In this document: positions 1-9,725 of the stretch, piece after piece | Position numbering within the stretch: the stretch's first letter is position 1 | Layout: each line of letters begins with the position of its first letter | IMG/VR virus record: IMGVR_UViG_3300011258_000941 | Source: an uncultured virus (IMG/VR IMGVR_UViG_3300011258_000941) | Taxonomy: Duplodnaviria > Heunggongvirae > Uroviricota > Caudoviricetes | Length of the DNA stretch: 20,000 nucleotides | Direction: 5' to 3' (one strand) | Notes under the pieces: model-generated | The model's input: only the letters and a program-made list of their open reading frames with translations | What the model was told of the DNA's origin: nothing | Databases searched by the model: none | Program-made: the position numbers and the translations under genes

Positions 1-1
1 G

Positions 2-3000
2 CGGTAGCGGGCCGGGATTTCGGGGTCTTGGTTTAAAGCCACTACTACCCCCACCAACAGAACCACTTGATGCTTGTTGTCCACGACCACGAGAAACAGA
101 CGGGTAAAGATAACCTGCTAACCCTCCGGCATCCTTTGTTTGGTCACGCTCAAGTGCAAGATTAACGGATTCAATATCGCGCCCATCAACCCGCCAATCA
201 ATTCGTGTGATAACCATAGGTTCGGAAGTAAGACCCAATCCGCTATCGCTGAATGTGACTGTTGTAGCAGGTCGCCATCGCAAGTCTTCAACGATGTGTA
301 GGCGAGGCGCATACCACCCCGCCCTAATACCCATGAGTCCCGACATATTATCGTACTTCCTTGCACCGAGAGGGAAGATGCTATCGGCGTTGGTTGCTGC
401 CCATGCACTCGGCCCGAAGTCTGTTATGTTGTGTGCGTTGTGTAGAATACCGGAAGCCGAAGGGTCGCCGCATCGGTGATACAGCAAAGCCTTTAGGTAA
501 TCTACATTTACCGAAAGAGTAAATTTAGCACCGGAAGGTTTGCCCGACCAATATGTTGAAGGAATATCAATTTCATAAAACCCATTTCGGCTTACATTTA
601 ACGCTATATGCGAATCATCGCTTGCCTCAAAAGTCGGGGAATAAGTGCTTGTTCCTCCTGTGTAATTTGTAAACGAAGATACTCCCGTATTGAATGACAT
701 ATCCGTTAGCCCAATAGTAAATTCAGCGTTTTCAATATCTGTTCCCGATTGCCCGTCTTTCAAAGCAACCCAAACTCTCAATTCATTTCCGTCGCCGTCG
801 CTAACCAAAGGACAACCGCTTGGTATGTTCACCACTTGAACGGCGTGACTAACGCTCGCCGCACCAACCCACCAATAATTATTGTAATACTGTTCTGTTT
901 GGTCGGCGGCGGTTCCGGTTGCCGAAATGAACCCCTTACCGAATCGGTCACGATAAAATGCGTCACTACCTGTTTGCCTTCCCATGTTTCCATCTAAAGC
1001 GTTTGTCATTCCCGACATAAATGTTCCTTGTGTGGATGCCCATGTGTGGTTATTTGCCGCCGTTACTGCGGCGTAGGAAGGGCCAAGTACCACTTGTTGA
1101 GCAACACCTCGCTCACCATGTCGGGTCGGGTCAGCGATATATCCGTAGCGTCCTTTGTCAAGCATTTTATCATCATGGGTTAAGTCACGAAGGACTTCAC
1201 CTTTGATTTTTATTGCTTTAGTTTTAGCCTTGTAGTATTCTTCTTTGGCTACACTTAGTGCTTCATCCGCAAAAGTAATTTCCGGCACTTCAACAATTTT
1301 CCATCGGTAGGTTTGGTTAAGTGTTGGTTCGGGGAAGTCACTAAAAGATGAACCGTTGTTATAGTAAACACGAACATTTGTAATCTGTCCCGACATTTGA
1401 GCATCAAGATTTGAAACCGAAAGGATATCGCGATTGACAACCTCACCACTGTTGTATGTTGGTCGGATTTCTAACTTGTTGTCTCTTCCGACTTGGTAGG
1501 TTATAGGCAATCGCTTACTATTCTCATATCCAAATCCGGTAGCCTCAACCGATTCACGAAGGATTGAGAACATAGACTTTCCACCTCTCGCATCGTAGGC
1601 TGTTCCGAATGAATCAAAATTTGCGTTGGTTCCATCGGTAGTCATGTTGTTTGTCATAGGGATTGAGCCAATATCAAACCATGAAGAAATTGAGGATTGG
1701 GCGAGCCATGTCTTAGACAAGTTTAGTGACCAAAGGAAGCGGGCTTTGTCGCTCATCCAATAAGTACCAATGTTAGGGGAAACTACATTACCTTCAATGT
1801 TCATCATAAACCTAAGAGCGTATCGTGGACTTATACTTCCGACAATAATAACTTCATCAAACGCACCTGCGGTCGTTGTTGCTCCCGATGAGGTTATGTC
1901 AATTTCCACTGTTGAACCATTAGCCTTACGGGTAGGGTCTAAAAGAATGCCCTGCAAAAGAGTTTCCGCTTGTTCAACACTGTTAATTCCTGTTTCGGGA
2001 AGTATGTAAACACCGTACAATTGCTGAGGGATGCTGATGCTATCACCGATTTGAACATCTTGTCTTGTGCTACCTGTTTCTGCTCCTGCTACGCTATCAT
2101 CAACAACAATTGTTGTTGCTGTCAAAGAAGTAATTTGTGCTACCCATTTAGCGGTCACATTTCTAACTCTCATACCTACTTTTACGCCATCATTAACAAA
2201 GTCTGCACCGCTACAAGTAATCGTCAAAGCCCCCGCTACTGCGGCGTTAGAGGTTGCCGTTTCAACAATTGCTGAATCTAATTTAGCGTCATAAGTATAA
2301 TAGAAATTTTGGAAGGATGGCGTTTGGCCGTTTATTCCACGAGAGGCTTTCATTTTCCCAAAACCGTTTTCGGGAAAATCTGTTATCAAAGTGGAAGAAG
2401 GTTTTGTTTCAATAACAGTATCACCGACTTCAATTTTGCGATTTAATTCTCCCGAAGCACCAACCCACTTTCGGAAATTTTCATGGAAGCCGTAAGGAGA
2501 AGCGTTGTTAGAGTTTGTGCTTGCCGCTTGCGCCCAATAATTATCCATTAACACAGGGAAGCCGTGAAATTCTGTTTCGTAGTCTCCAACATTTCTTGTC
2601 CCACCGCTTCGTTGTCCGTAGGTTCCACCGTTAATAAAAGTATTAAGGTTAAAGAACTTTGAGCAATCGTAGATAAGCAAAGAACCCGCTTTGTCTTCCC
2701 ATCCTCTCAAAACCGATTCGCGATTATCAGCATCGGCATTTTTAATGAATGGGCCTGTTGCCGTATATGGGTCGGGGGCAGTATAAGCAGTAGTTAAAAC
2801 TATTACCGTATAAGTACCTCCTGCTGTCACACTATGGATTGTGTGTATGCCGTTGTAAAACGCACTGTTCATAATGTATATTTTGTCACCTGCGGCAACG
2901 GTTGTTATTTTTTGAGTACCGCTACCAATACTTGCGTTTGGTATTCTAAATTCCGCAAAGGTACTACCTCCACCCACCGCTTTGATTGCTGTTCCACCAT

Positions 3001-6000
3001 TGTTGTTTATTTGCACACAACCGGCATCCTGCTTAACACTTCCACCGGCAAGAGTATTTGACCACGGAGCATTTGTGGATGGGTCAATTTCAGCATCTAA
3101 TTCCCAAATATCAACATCTGTTCCAATTTTTAAATCTGTAAAATTATCATAACTTCCGTCATCATTTAATTGGTCAGTAAAGGCAATACTAACATTGTAA
3201 TTTTCAGCAACAGGTTTCATTAAGCCAAAACTTTTCTTTCGGAAGCCACCGTCAGCGTCAGCGTCAGCGTTGTTTCTCATGTCAGCCCATTGTACCCATA
3301 TGTGCTTGTAGTCTTGGCTTGTCGTAAGGAAGTAAATTTCGTCACCGTTTGACGAATGCCCATAGTGGTCAAGAGAAAGACCATTGACCCCAACAAGATA
3401 TGTGTTACCGTCTAAGGCGGGACTGATATATCCTTCGTAGGTAAATGTGTCCAAGAACCCATCGGAGGTTTTAATTTGTGCAACACCGTTACTCATAGCA
3501 TCTTCATTAAAAAGACTTGTTTCTATTTGCATAACGGTAGCGTCAGCAGTTATGCTTGCTTGAAGAATTGACCTATCGGTACGGTTGTAATCAAACACAC
3601 CAAAATGTTTCTTAAACCACGGACTTTTTGCTAACTGTCGCATCCAAACGGCGTGAGAATCTCTTAGCACTAAATTTTCTGTCGTGTCCGAAATAAAACC
3701 CTTTTCAATTGTGTAATCAACAGTTTTACCTGTGCTTGTTGTTATTGCAGTTTGGGTACTATTAGTTTTAACATAAGACTTACCACCATACGAGATAATT
3801 GCATTTACCGTATAAAATCCCGAAGCAGGGATTCCGGTTCCCGATTCCGATTCGGGAATAGTGATAACATCTCCTGTTGTCAATGCGCTACCATCACTTC
3901 GCAAAGGTAATGTGCTAAAAGTAAATACTTTGTAGCCGGTTTCCGCTTGTGTTCTTGGGTGCTTACTTCCATATCCCTCAAGAACACCGGAACCAACAGA
4001 AGCATTAGGAACATAAGTTAATCCTGTTATCTCAAGTACCTGTTCTCCCGTAGCAACACCAAAGGGGCTTGTGCTTACTCCGTTAATAGTAACATTGTTT
4101 TTGTTGTGGTCAAGGAAGCCGAACAAGTCCGGCGTACTTGATGTAGTGTAGGAAGTGCCGGTGTAAGCAAGAATAACTTCGGTAGCCCCTCCACCTGTTT
4201 TATTGACTCCTTTAATCCAATATCCCGACCATTCTTCTTCAACATTATTTGGCCCCGACACATCTTCATTGTTATACATTTGAATTGGGTGGGCGGAATT
4301 AAGTTTGGTTCGTTGGGAAGAAAATTCCTTGTATGAAGTCGCTGATTCGTAACCAAGTGAAGGTTGTGTTTCTTCAAACTTTTTAACACCCATAAACATT
4401 GAATCTGTTAGCGTTGCTATTTCTCCTGTGCGAGCAAGCACTTTATCTTCTGTACCTACACCGATTTGACCTATTTCCCAAGAAGTAATCTGTCGGTCAA
4501 GTAATGAAAGTGAATCGCGAGCCTGTACTACGATTTTTCGTGTACGGTCGCTTGCAGTTTGTGTGATATTTACTTTTTCAATAATACCATTCCACAACGG
4601 CCTATCAATGCCTCCGCTAAACATGAGAAGTCGCCAATCGGTAATGTCGTCGCTTGTAAACCACGGAGTAAGATTTTGTTCGGTATCATCATCAAGTATT
4701 GAAATTTGTGCTTGACTAACACCATTAACGGGCATAGTACAAGTCCATGAATCAACGGGGGCGGGAAGTAATGTACCATCGGGAATGTCTGTTAAGGGCC
4801 GATAAAGAGCCACACGGTCAATCATTGTAGCCACTACTACATTGTTGTAGATTGATGAATTAGGAGTCACAAATAACTCCCATCCGGTCATCTCCGATGG
4901 TAAAAAAGCGGCACTTGTTTGTGTGTTGTTGGCGATAGTATAACCGGAAGAATAAGCACCTGCCGTTGGATTAGTGGCCGTGACTTCTGTTCCATCGTGA
5001 TACACCTTAAACTTATTATTAGTGTAATCTAATTTAAAATCCAAGTCAAACCAAACATCAGCAGTTTCGCTACCTACTTTTAGTCCGGCAACCCATAGGG
5101 AGTGATATGTGCTAACTACGGCACTAAGCCCTGTTCCATCATGAGGTCGTATTGTCCAATTGATTGCGGGAGTACCACCACCACTACCTGTCGTTCCCCA
5201 AGAAGTATTTACGGGAAAACCAACCTTTAGAACATACTCAACCTGTGCGCTTGAGTCAGCCGTTTCGTTGGGGATGACTGCTGAATATCCCATCATGGCT
5301 TGAGCCGACATTCTTATTGTAAAAAAATCATTGTCGGACTTGCTGTTTAAAGATGTAGATGATGCAATCACAGGACGGTAAGCACCGCTTGGTGTTTGGT
5401 TGTCTAACTGATGTGCCGTATTATCTTTAAGATAGGTTGTGACACACAAAAAGGGTTTTTTTGACTTGCTTTTTATTGGAATAAAATGCCCTTCGGGAGT
5501 ATTTTCATGCGTTGTTGCCGCACCCGTAGTACCGTTATATGCACCTAATTGGGTACGCTCTCCCATCCAAACTCCGGTTAGATGCGCCCACTGCATAAAG
5601 TCGGGTGTATTGTATTCGGTATTAAGTCCCGATTGACCCTTAAACCAATTTTTACCATTATAGGAATAAGTAAGAGAGCGACCATAGGAAGCATCTGTGT
5701 CGCCGTTAGGAATGTAGTATCGTATAGATGAATCGGATGAACCCGACATTAGCATATACGCATCGTCGGTTGAGGCAGTATCGGCTTGTCTAAACCTTAC
5801 ACGGTTGGAATTAAAATTTGAATTTGGGTATTGTATCTGTGAACGACCGGCCCAATGCACACCTTTGCCCAATCGGTTTTTGTCAAGAGTGGCCCAACGA
5901 GCGATACCGTCATTGTTTAAGAGGTAGGAAGAAGCCGATGAAAATTCATTGTTGTTGGCTCTATCACGAACAGACCAACGATAACGGGGATTTAGTATAG

Positions 6001-6160
6001 CCTCGCCATTGAGAGTATTTCCATGATGCGTACTGTCGGCATTGTACGCTCCATCCGTTGATGGAGCATTGTCATCATCGGCTATTACACGAGAGCCGAG
6101 CCAATCCTCATAGTACCCTGCGAGCCAAAACCCGTATTTGCTTGTTGCTGTTCTTGACAT
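2..6160 (-). CDS. Giant tail-tip/baseplate hub (Tal/gp27-like) protein with large insertions, at least 2053 aa, truncated by the window edge
   Basis: Manual translation from ATG at 6160 (MSRTATSKYGFWLAGYYEDW...) is open to position 2 (...SSGFKPRPRNPGPLP) with no stop, which probably explains its absence from the ORF track. RBS GAGAAGTGA upstream; directly follows the TMP. Hub-like motifs: PLWNGIIEKVNITQ...IVVQARDSLSLLDRQ (~4600-4490), ITYQVGRDNKLEIRP...ITNVRVYY...EALSVAKEEYYK (~1505-1230), WRPATTVTFSDSGLGLTSEPMVITRIDW...SVNLALER (~280-145). Confidence 0.85.
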   Translation of the reverse strand, partial: MSRTATSKYGFWLAGYYEDWLGSRVIADDDNAPSTDGAYNADSTHHGNTLNGEAILNPRYRWSVRDRANNNEFSSASSYLLNNDGIARWATLDKNRLGKGVHWAGRSQIQYPNSNFNSNRVRFRQADTASTDDAYMLMSGSSDSSIRYYIPNGDTDASYGRSLTYSYNGKNWFKGQSGLNTEYNTPDFMQWAHLTGVWMGERTQLGAYNGTTGAATTHENTPEGHFIPIKSKSKKPFLCVTTYLKDNTAHQLDNQTPSGAYRPVIASSTSLNSKSDNDFFTIRMSAQAMMGYSAVIPNETADSSAQVEYVLKVGFPVNTSWGTTGSGGGTPAINWTIRPHDGTGLSAVVSTYHSLWVAGLKVGSETADVWFDLDFKLDYTNNKFKVYHDGTEVTATNPTAGAYSSGYTIANNTQTSAAFLPSEMTGWELFVTPNSSIYNNVVVATMIDRVALYRPLTDIPDGTLLPAPVDSWTCTMPVNGVSQAQISILDDDTEQNLTPWFTSDDITDWRLLMFSGGIDRPLWNGIIEKVNITQTASDRTRKIVVQARDSLSLLDRQITSWEIGQIGVGTEDKVLARTGEIATLTDSMFMGVKKFEETQPSLGYESATSYKEFSSQRTKLNSAHPIQMYNNEDVSGPNNVEEEWSGYWIKGVNKTGGGATEVILAYTGTSYTTSSTPDLFGFLDHNKNNVTINGVSTSPFGVATGEQVLEITGLTYVPNASVGSGVLEGYGSKHPRTQAETGYKVFTFSTLPLRSDGSALTTGDVITIPESESGTGIPASGFYTVNAIISYGGKSYVKTNSTQTAITTSTGKTVDYTIEKGFISDTTENLVLRDSHAVWMRQLAKSPWFKKHFGVFDYNRTDRSILQASITADATVMQIETSLFNEDAMSNGVAQIKTSDGFLDTFTYEGYISPALDGNTYLVGVNGLSLDHYGHSSNGDEIYFLTTSQDYKHIWVQWADMRNNADADADGGFRKKSFGLMKPVAENYNVSIAFTDQLNDDGSYDNFTDLKIGTDVDIWELDAEIDPSTNAPWSNTLAGGSVKQDAGCVQINNNGGTAIKAVGGGSTFAEFRIPNASIGSGTQKITTVAAGDKIYIMNSAFYNGIHTIHSVTAGGTYTVIVLTTAYTAPDPYTATGPFIKNADADNRESVLRGWEDKAGSLLIYDCSKFFNLNTFINGGTYGQRSGGTRNVGDYETEFHGFPVLMDNYWAQAASTNSNNASPYGFHENFRKWVGASGELNRKIEVGDTVIETKPSSTLITDFPENGFGKMKASRGINGQTPSFQNFYYTYDAKLDSAIVETATSNAAVAGALTITCSGADFVNDGVKVGMRVRNVTAKWVAQITSLTATTIVVDDSVAGAETGSTRQDVQIGDSISIPQQLYGVYILPETGINSVEQAETLLQGILLDPTRKANGSTVEIDITSSGATTTAGAFDEVIIVGSISPRYALRFMMNIEGNVVSPNIGTYWMSDKARFLWSLNLSKTWLAQSSISSWFDIGSIPMTNNMTTDGTNANFDSFGTAYDARGGKSMFSILRESVEATGFGYENSKRLPITYQVGRDNKLEIRPTYNSGEVVNRDILSVSNLDAQMSGQITNVRVYYNNGSSFSDFPEPTLNQTYRWKIVEVPEITFADEALSVAKEEYYKAKTKAIKIKGEVLRDLTHDDKMLDKGRYGYIADPTRHGERGVAQQVVLGPSYAAVTAANNHTWASTQGTFMSGMTNALDGNMGRQTGSDAFYRDRFGKGFISATGTAADQTEQYYNNYWWVGAASVSHAVQVVNIPSGCPLVSDGDGNELRVWVALKDGQSGTDIENAEFTIGLTDMSFNTGVSSFTNYTGGTSTYSPTFEASDDSHIALNVSRNGFYEIDIPSTYWSGKPSGAKFTLSVNVDYLKALLYHRCGDPSASGILHNAHNITDFGPSAWAATNADSIFPLGARKYDNMSGLMGIRAGWYAPRLHIVEDLRWRPATTVTFSDSGLGLTSEPMVITRIDWRVDGRDIESVNLALERDQTKDAGGLAGYLYPSVSRGRGQQASSGSVGGGSSGFKPRPRNPGPLP

Positions 6161-6177
6161 TTTCTTCACTTCTCTAT

Positions 6178-9100
6178 CTATGCGTTAGGGATATTAAGTC
6201 CCAACCCATTCAAATTCTCTACTACTTGCTTTGTAATTTCATTTGCGGCTTGGGTTGTTGTCATTCCCGTAAAGTTATTTGTCATAATAACTTCCGTAGT
6301 GTTAATGAGCGTTTCCACGCCCTTGTTCACTACTTGCTTCACCATGTCTCCTGTGATATTACCTTTACTCATACCGAAGAACATTTCTTCACGAGCGTTG
6401 CTAAATTCAAACGCCGCTTCCTTAGCGGCTTCAATCGGCCCAATAAAGTTTTCAGTAACATTTGCGTTAAAACCTTCAAGTGAGCCACCATCTTTTAGTG
6501 CCTCATTGACTTTTTCCATAAATTGTTCAAAGGTTGAAGACGCATTAGCCATTTCTTGTATCGCTCCCTTGTATTCTTCGGGTACTCTATCAGCAAACCC
6601 CCTTGTTGCCGCTTCTAATGCGGCTAATTCTTCTCTTGGAGTTAGGTTCTTTGCTTGTGCGCCCGGTATTACTCCCAAAAATCCTTCTGTTATTTGCATT
6701 CCTACATCACGCATACGACCGCCCATTGTTTTTGTTTTGGCTCTAAACGCATCTTCGGCGGCCTGTGCTTCGGACTTTTGTTGTGCTTCTTTCATAGTTT
6801 CATACATACTATAAGAAAAACCACCACTAAGACCGGATTCGGATATTGCTTCAAGGGACTTTATAGTTTGTATGTCTCGGCTTATTGCTAACTCTTCTCT
6901 TAGACTTGCTAACTTTGCGTCTTGTTGGTCTTTTATGATTCCTTCGGAAGTTATCCGGTTATCTAAAATATCTTGAATTTGTGTTTCAAGAGTAATCATG
7001 TCACGGTAAATTTGTACGCCCGATGTATTGCTCATTGTTTCAGCAAGGGCATTATATGAATCTTGGGAGTATGTAACGACTTCGTTCATGTTAGAAATTG
7101 AATCAGTCGTTGCATCAAAAGATTCTTTCGCATCGGGCATCAATTGGTAAACAAGGAAGGTTAATGCCGCTACGCCCGCACCAATCATACTAAACTTTGT
7201 CACTTTTTGAAACCTTGTCATGCTAACAGTGGCGGCATTGGTGGCGGTGGCTACACCTGTCATCCCTGTCATTAACTTTACAGAAGAACCTGTCATTGTA
7301 ATCATTTGAATTGTCATTGGAATCATACTAAGATTCATCAAAATCATACCCATTCTTGCCGATTTAGCGTTATCCCCAAACATAGAAAAGCCCATTGACA
7401 TAGCACCTAAAGTACCCGATAATTGCATCATTCTCATATTTAGCATCATAGCGCGATTCACTACATTTTCTGATTTTTGCGCTACTTTATCTAATGAACC
7501 TGTAAACATAGTTAATGTTGGAATTAACCCTCTTAGCACTTGTTCGTCCATTTGATATGCAATTGCTAATTCACGAGCAACCCGTTCCGCTACTTCCATA
7601 ATAGCAACATTTTGGGTTTCAGTGTTAGAAAGACCGGCGGTAATTGTTGTCAATTCTACCTTTGCCGCACCTAATATCTTATGTGCTTCGGTGGTTCCTT
7701 TTACTGCATCAGTATGCGCCATTGTCATTAGGATAGCGATACCTTCGGCTTGCATTTGTTCGCTTGCGTGTTGAACACCTTGTCTTGATAACTCAAGAAA
7801 GAGTTTTTCCGATTTAGTTAATTCTCCTTGTAATACTAATTGCCTTTCTTTAAGTGAAACCAACGCTCTGTCGTTTGTAGCGATATTGTTTTTTACTGTG
7901 TTAGTTTGCTTCATAAGCATTAGTTCATCTATGCGAGTTCTTGTGCTATGTTGGTCGGCTTTGTTTTTGTCTATTAAAACTTGCAGGTTTCCTTGTTCAA
8001 GAGAAATTTCTAAAGAAGTCGCTTTCATTTGTCTTTGCTTTGTAGTTAATCGTTGGACTTCAAGCATATGCAATTGTTGTTTCTTTCTAAAAAGACCTAC
8101 ATTGTTTGTTAATTCAAGATTACTCATAAAAGTAATATGTTCTTGTTCAGCACCATAGGATTTATTGAAACTTAACTGCGAGGCTAATATCATCGCTTTC
8201 TTTGATTCAGCCGTAGCCTGTTCATTGATAAGACCAAGATTGGTTCTCAATTGTGCCGCCTGTCCACCATACGCACTTGCTCGTACTAAGTCTTGTCCCG
8301 AAAGGGCGCGTTGAATCTGTAACTGTGTTTGAAGGGACACAGTAAGGCTCATCATGTTTAGGTTGGCTTCAACAAGGGGAGCGTACATTTTTCCAAACTG
8401 TTGAACACTAAACAAAATATCTAACATTTTTCCTAATGCCGGTGATGATTCCGCCATATCCGCCAATGCAAAGTTAAGGTCGGCTTGTGCTTTTGTAGCC
8501 CTAATAACGGCAGGAGTAAATATGTCACCTACTGCCGCCTTTGAATTTTTTAGTCGGGCTTCTTGTTGAGTCAAAAGAAAGGCATTATCTTCAAAACGCT
8601 TATTTAATTCATCCTGTGCAGTGTCTAATTCATTGACTGCATCAGTTTGTAATTGCATGGTTCGGTTAAACCCTTCCATCAATTTGATAGCACGAACATA
8701 GTGGTCGTTTCCGGCCATAGCCTGTGAGATTTGTAATTGTTGTTCGTTTGACAAGTGAGGATAAATTTTTGATAGGTCAGTAAGTATTTCCTCAAGACTG
8801 CGAAGTGAGCCATTAGCGTTTTTAGTTTCAACACCAAACTTACGAAGGATTTCGGAATTTTTGCCTGTGTCAGCACCAAGACGGGCGTAAATCATTTTGA
8901 GCGCACGACCGGCCTTACCTTGTTCTTCACCGGCTTCAATCAGTGTGGCTGATGCCGCCGCCATAAAGGAAGTTTCGTCACCGGCCAATTTTGCCGACGA
9001 AGCGAATTGGTTCATAACATGGGTCATTTGAGCCATTGTTGCGGATGAACGGTTTTCAATTGTGTTCAATTGGTTGAGCATTTTTACGCTTTCGTAACCA

Positions 9101-9711
9101 ACAAGATTTGCTTTTTCTTGTGCCGATAATCTTTCAAACTGTGCTTTTGTCAAACCACCATACATAAACATAGTTTGTTGTTGTAAGGAAATTAACTTTT
9201 TCATAGCATCTTCTGTTTCCATACCACCGACTAAACCAAACTGAATACCTACTTCGGTAGCGACTCCGGTTGCCTCTCCACCACCAACAATTTGTGATAA
9301 CTGCGCCATTTTTGCACCTGCCGAAAGTGCTTGGTCGGCGGCAAACCCGTAGGTTTCACCAATTTCAATTATTCTGTCACCAATTTCTTGTGACTCGGCA
9401 AAGTTAGCAAACTTTTCAAACTCAATACGAGCAAACCCAATTTCTTTTGATAAAGGAACGGTACTGTCTACTAAGTTTTGCATCTGTTCGCCAATCAACC
9501 CTACTCCTTCGGTAATACCCGAAAGACCGTCAAGAACCAATCCCTGCAACACAGTAATTTTTGCTTGAGCATCACCAATCAATCGCGTGGCTTGGAACGA
9601 GCCGACAACATCAAAGAAAATACGGGATGCACCGGCTCGGAGTACGAGCATGGTAACAGTGGCGAATAAGGCCACTACGGGCATAAGGGAGGTGAACAAA
9701 TGTGCAATCAC
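6178..9711 (-). CDS. Tail tape measure protein (TP901-family-like core), 1177 aa
   Basis: Long helical Ala/Gln/Met-rich ORF after the chaperone pair; core motifs GEEQGKAGRALKMIYARL and LRKFGVETKNANGSLRSLEEILTDLSK...LSNEQQLQISQAMAG; hydrophobic segments in the C-terminal half. Start uncertain (GTG 9711 after GAGAGGG, or a downstream in-frame ATG). Confidence 0.93.
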   Translation of the reverse strand: MIAHLFTSLMPVVALFATVTMLVLRAGASRIFFDVVGSFQATRLIGDAQAKITVLQGLVLDGLSGITEGVGLIGEQMQNLVDSTVPLSKEIGFARIEFEKFANFAESQEIGDRIIEIGETYGFAADQALSAGAKMAQLSQIVGGGEATGVATEVGIQFGLVGGMETEDAMKKLISLQQQTMFMYGGLTKAQFERLSAQEKANLVGYESVKMLNQLNTIENRSSATMAQMTHVMNQFASSAKLAGDETSFMAAASATLIEAGEEQGKAGRALKMIYARLGADTGKNSEILRKFGVETKNANGSLRSLEEILTDLSKIYPHLSNEQQLQISQAMAGNDHYVRAIKLMEGFNRTMQLQTDAVNELDTAQDELNKRFEDNAFLLTQQEARLKNSKAAVGDIFTPAVIRATKAQADLNFALADMAESSPALGKMLDILFSVQQFGKMYAPLVEANLNMMSLTVSLQTQLQIQRALSGQDLVRASAYGGQAAQLRTNLGLINEQATAESKKAMILASQLSFNKSYGAEQEHITFMSNLELTNNVGLFRKKQQLHMLEVQRLTTKQRQMKATSLEISLEQGNLQVLIDKNKADQHSTRTRIDELMLMKQTNTVKNNIATNDRALVSLKERQLVLQGELTKSEKLFLELSRQGVQHASEQMQAEGIAILMTMAHTDAVKGTTEAHKILGAAKVELTTITAGLSNTETQNVAIMEVAERVARELAIAYQMDEQVLRGLIPTLTMFTGSLDKVAQKSENVVNRAMMLNMRMMQLSGTLGAMSMGFSMFGDNAKSARMGMILMNLSMIPMTIQMITMTGSSVKLMTGMTGVATATNAATVSMTRFQKVTKFSMIGAGVAALTFLVYQLMPDAKESFDATTDSISNMNEVVTYSQDSYNALAETMSNTSGVQIYRDMITLETQIQDILDNRITSEGIIKDQQDAKLASLREELAISRDIQTIKSLEAISESGLSGGFSYSMYETMKEAQQKSEAQAAEDAFRAKTKTMGGRMRDVGMQITEGFLGVIPGAQAKNLTPREELAALEAATRGFADRVPEEYKGAIQEMANASSTFEQFMEKVNEALKDGGSLEGFNANVTENFIGPIEAAKEAAFEFSNAREEMFFGMSKGNITGDMVKQVVNKGVETLINTTEVIMTNNFTGMTTTQAANEITKQVVENLNGLGLNIPNA

Positions 9712-9725
9712 TACTAAACCCTCTC

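Noticed and set aside
118..4779. Short minus-strand ORFs 118..408, 1255..1449, 4075..4389, 4570..4779
   Set aside because: Out-of-frame ORFs nested within the giant 2..6160 gene, with no supporting RBS or motifs.
9687..9717. Perfect plus-strand SD GGGAGGTGA followed by ATG at 9700
   Set aside because: Gives only MCNHY*; better explained as the anti-SD-like arm of the minus-strand hairpin, or chance.
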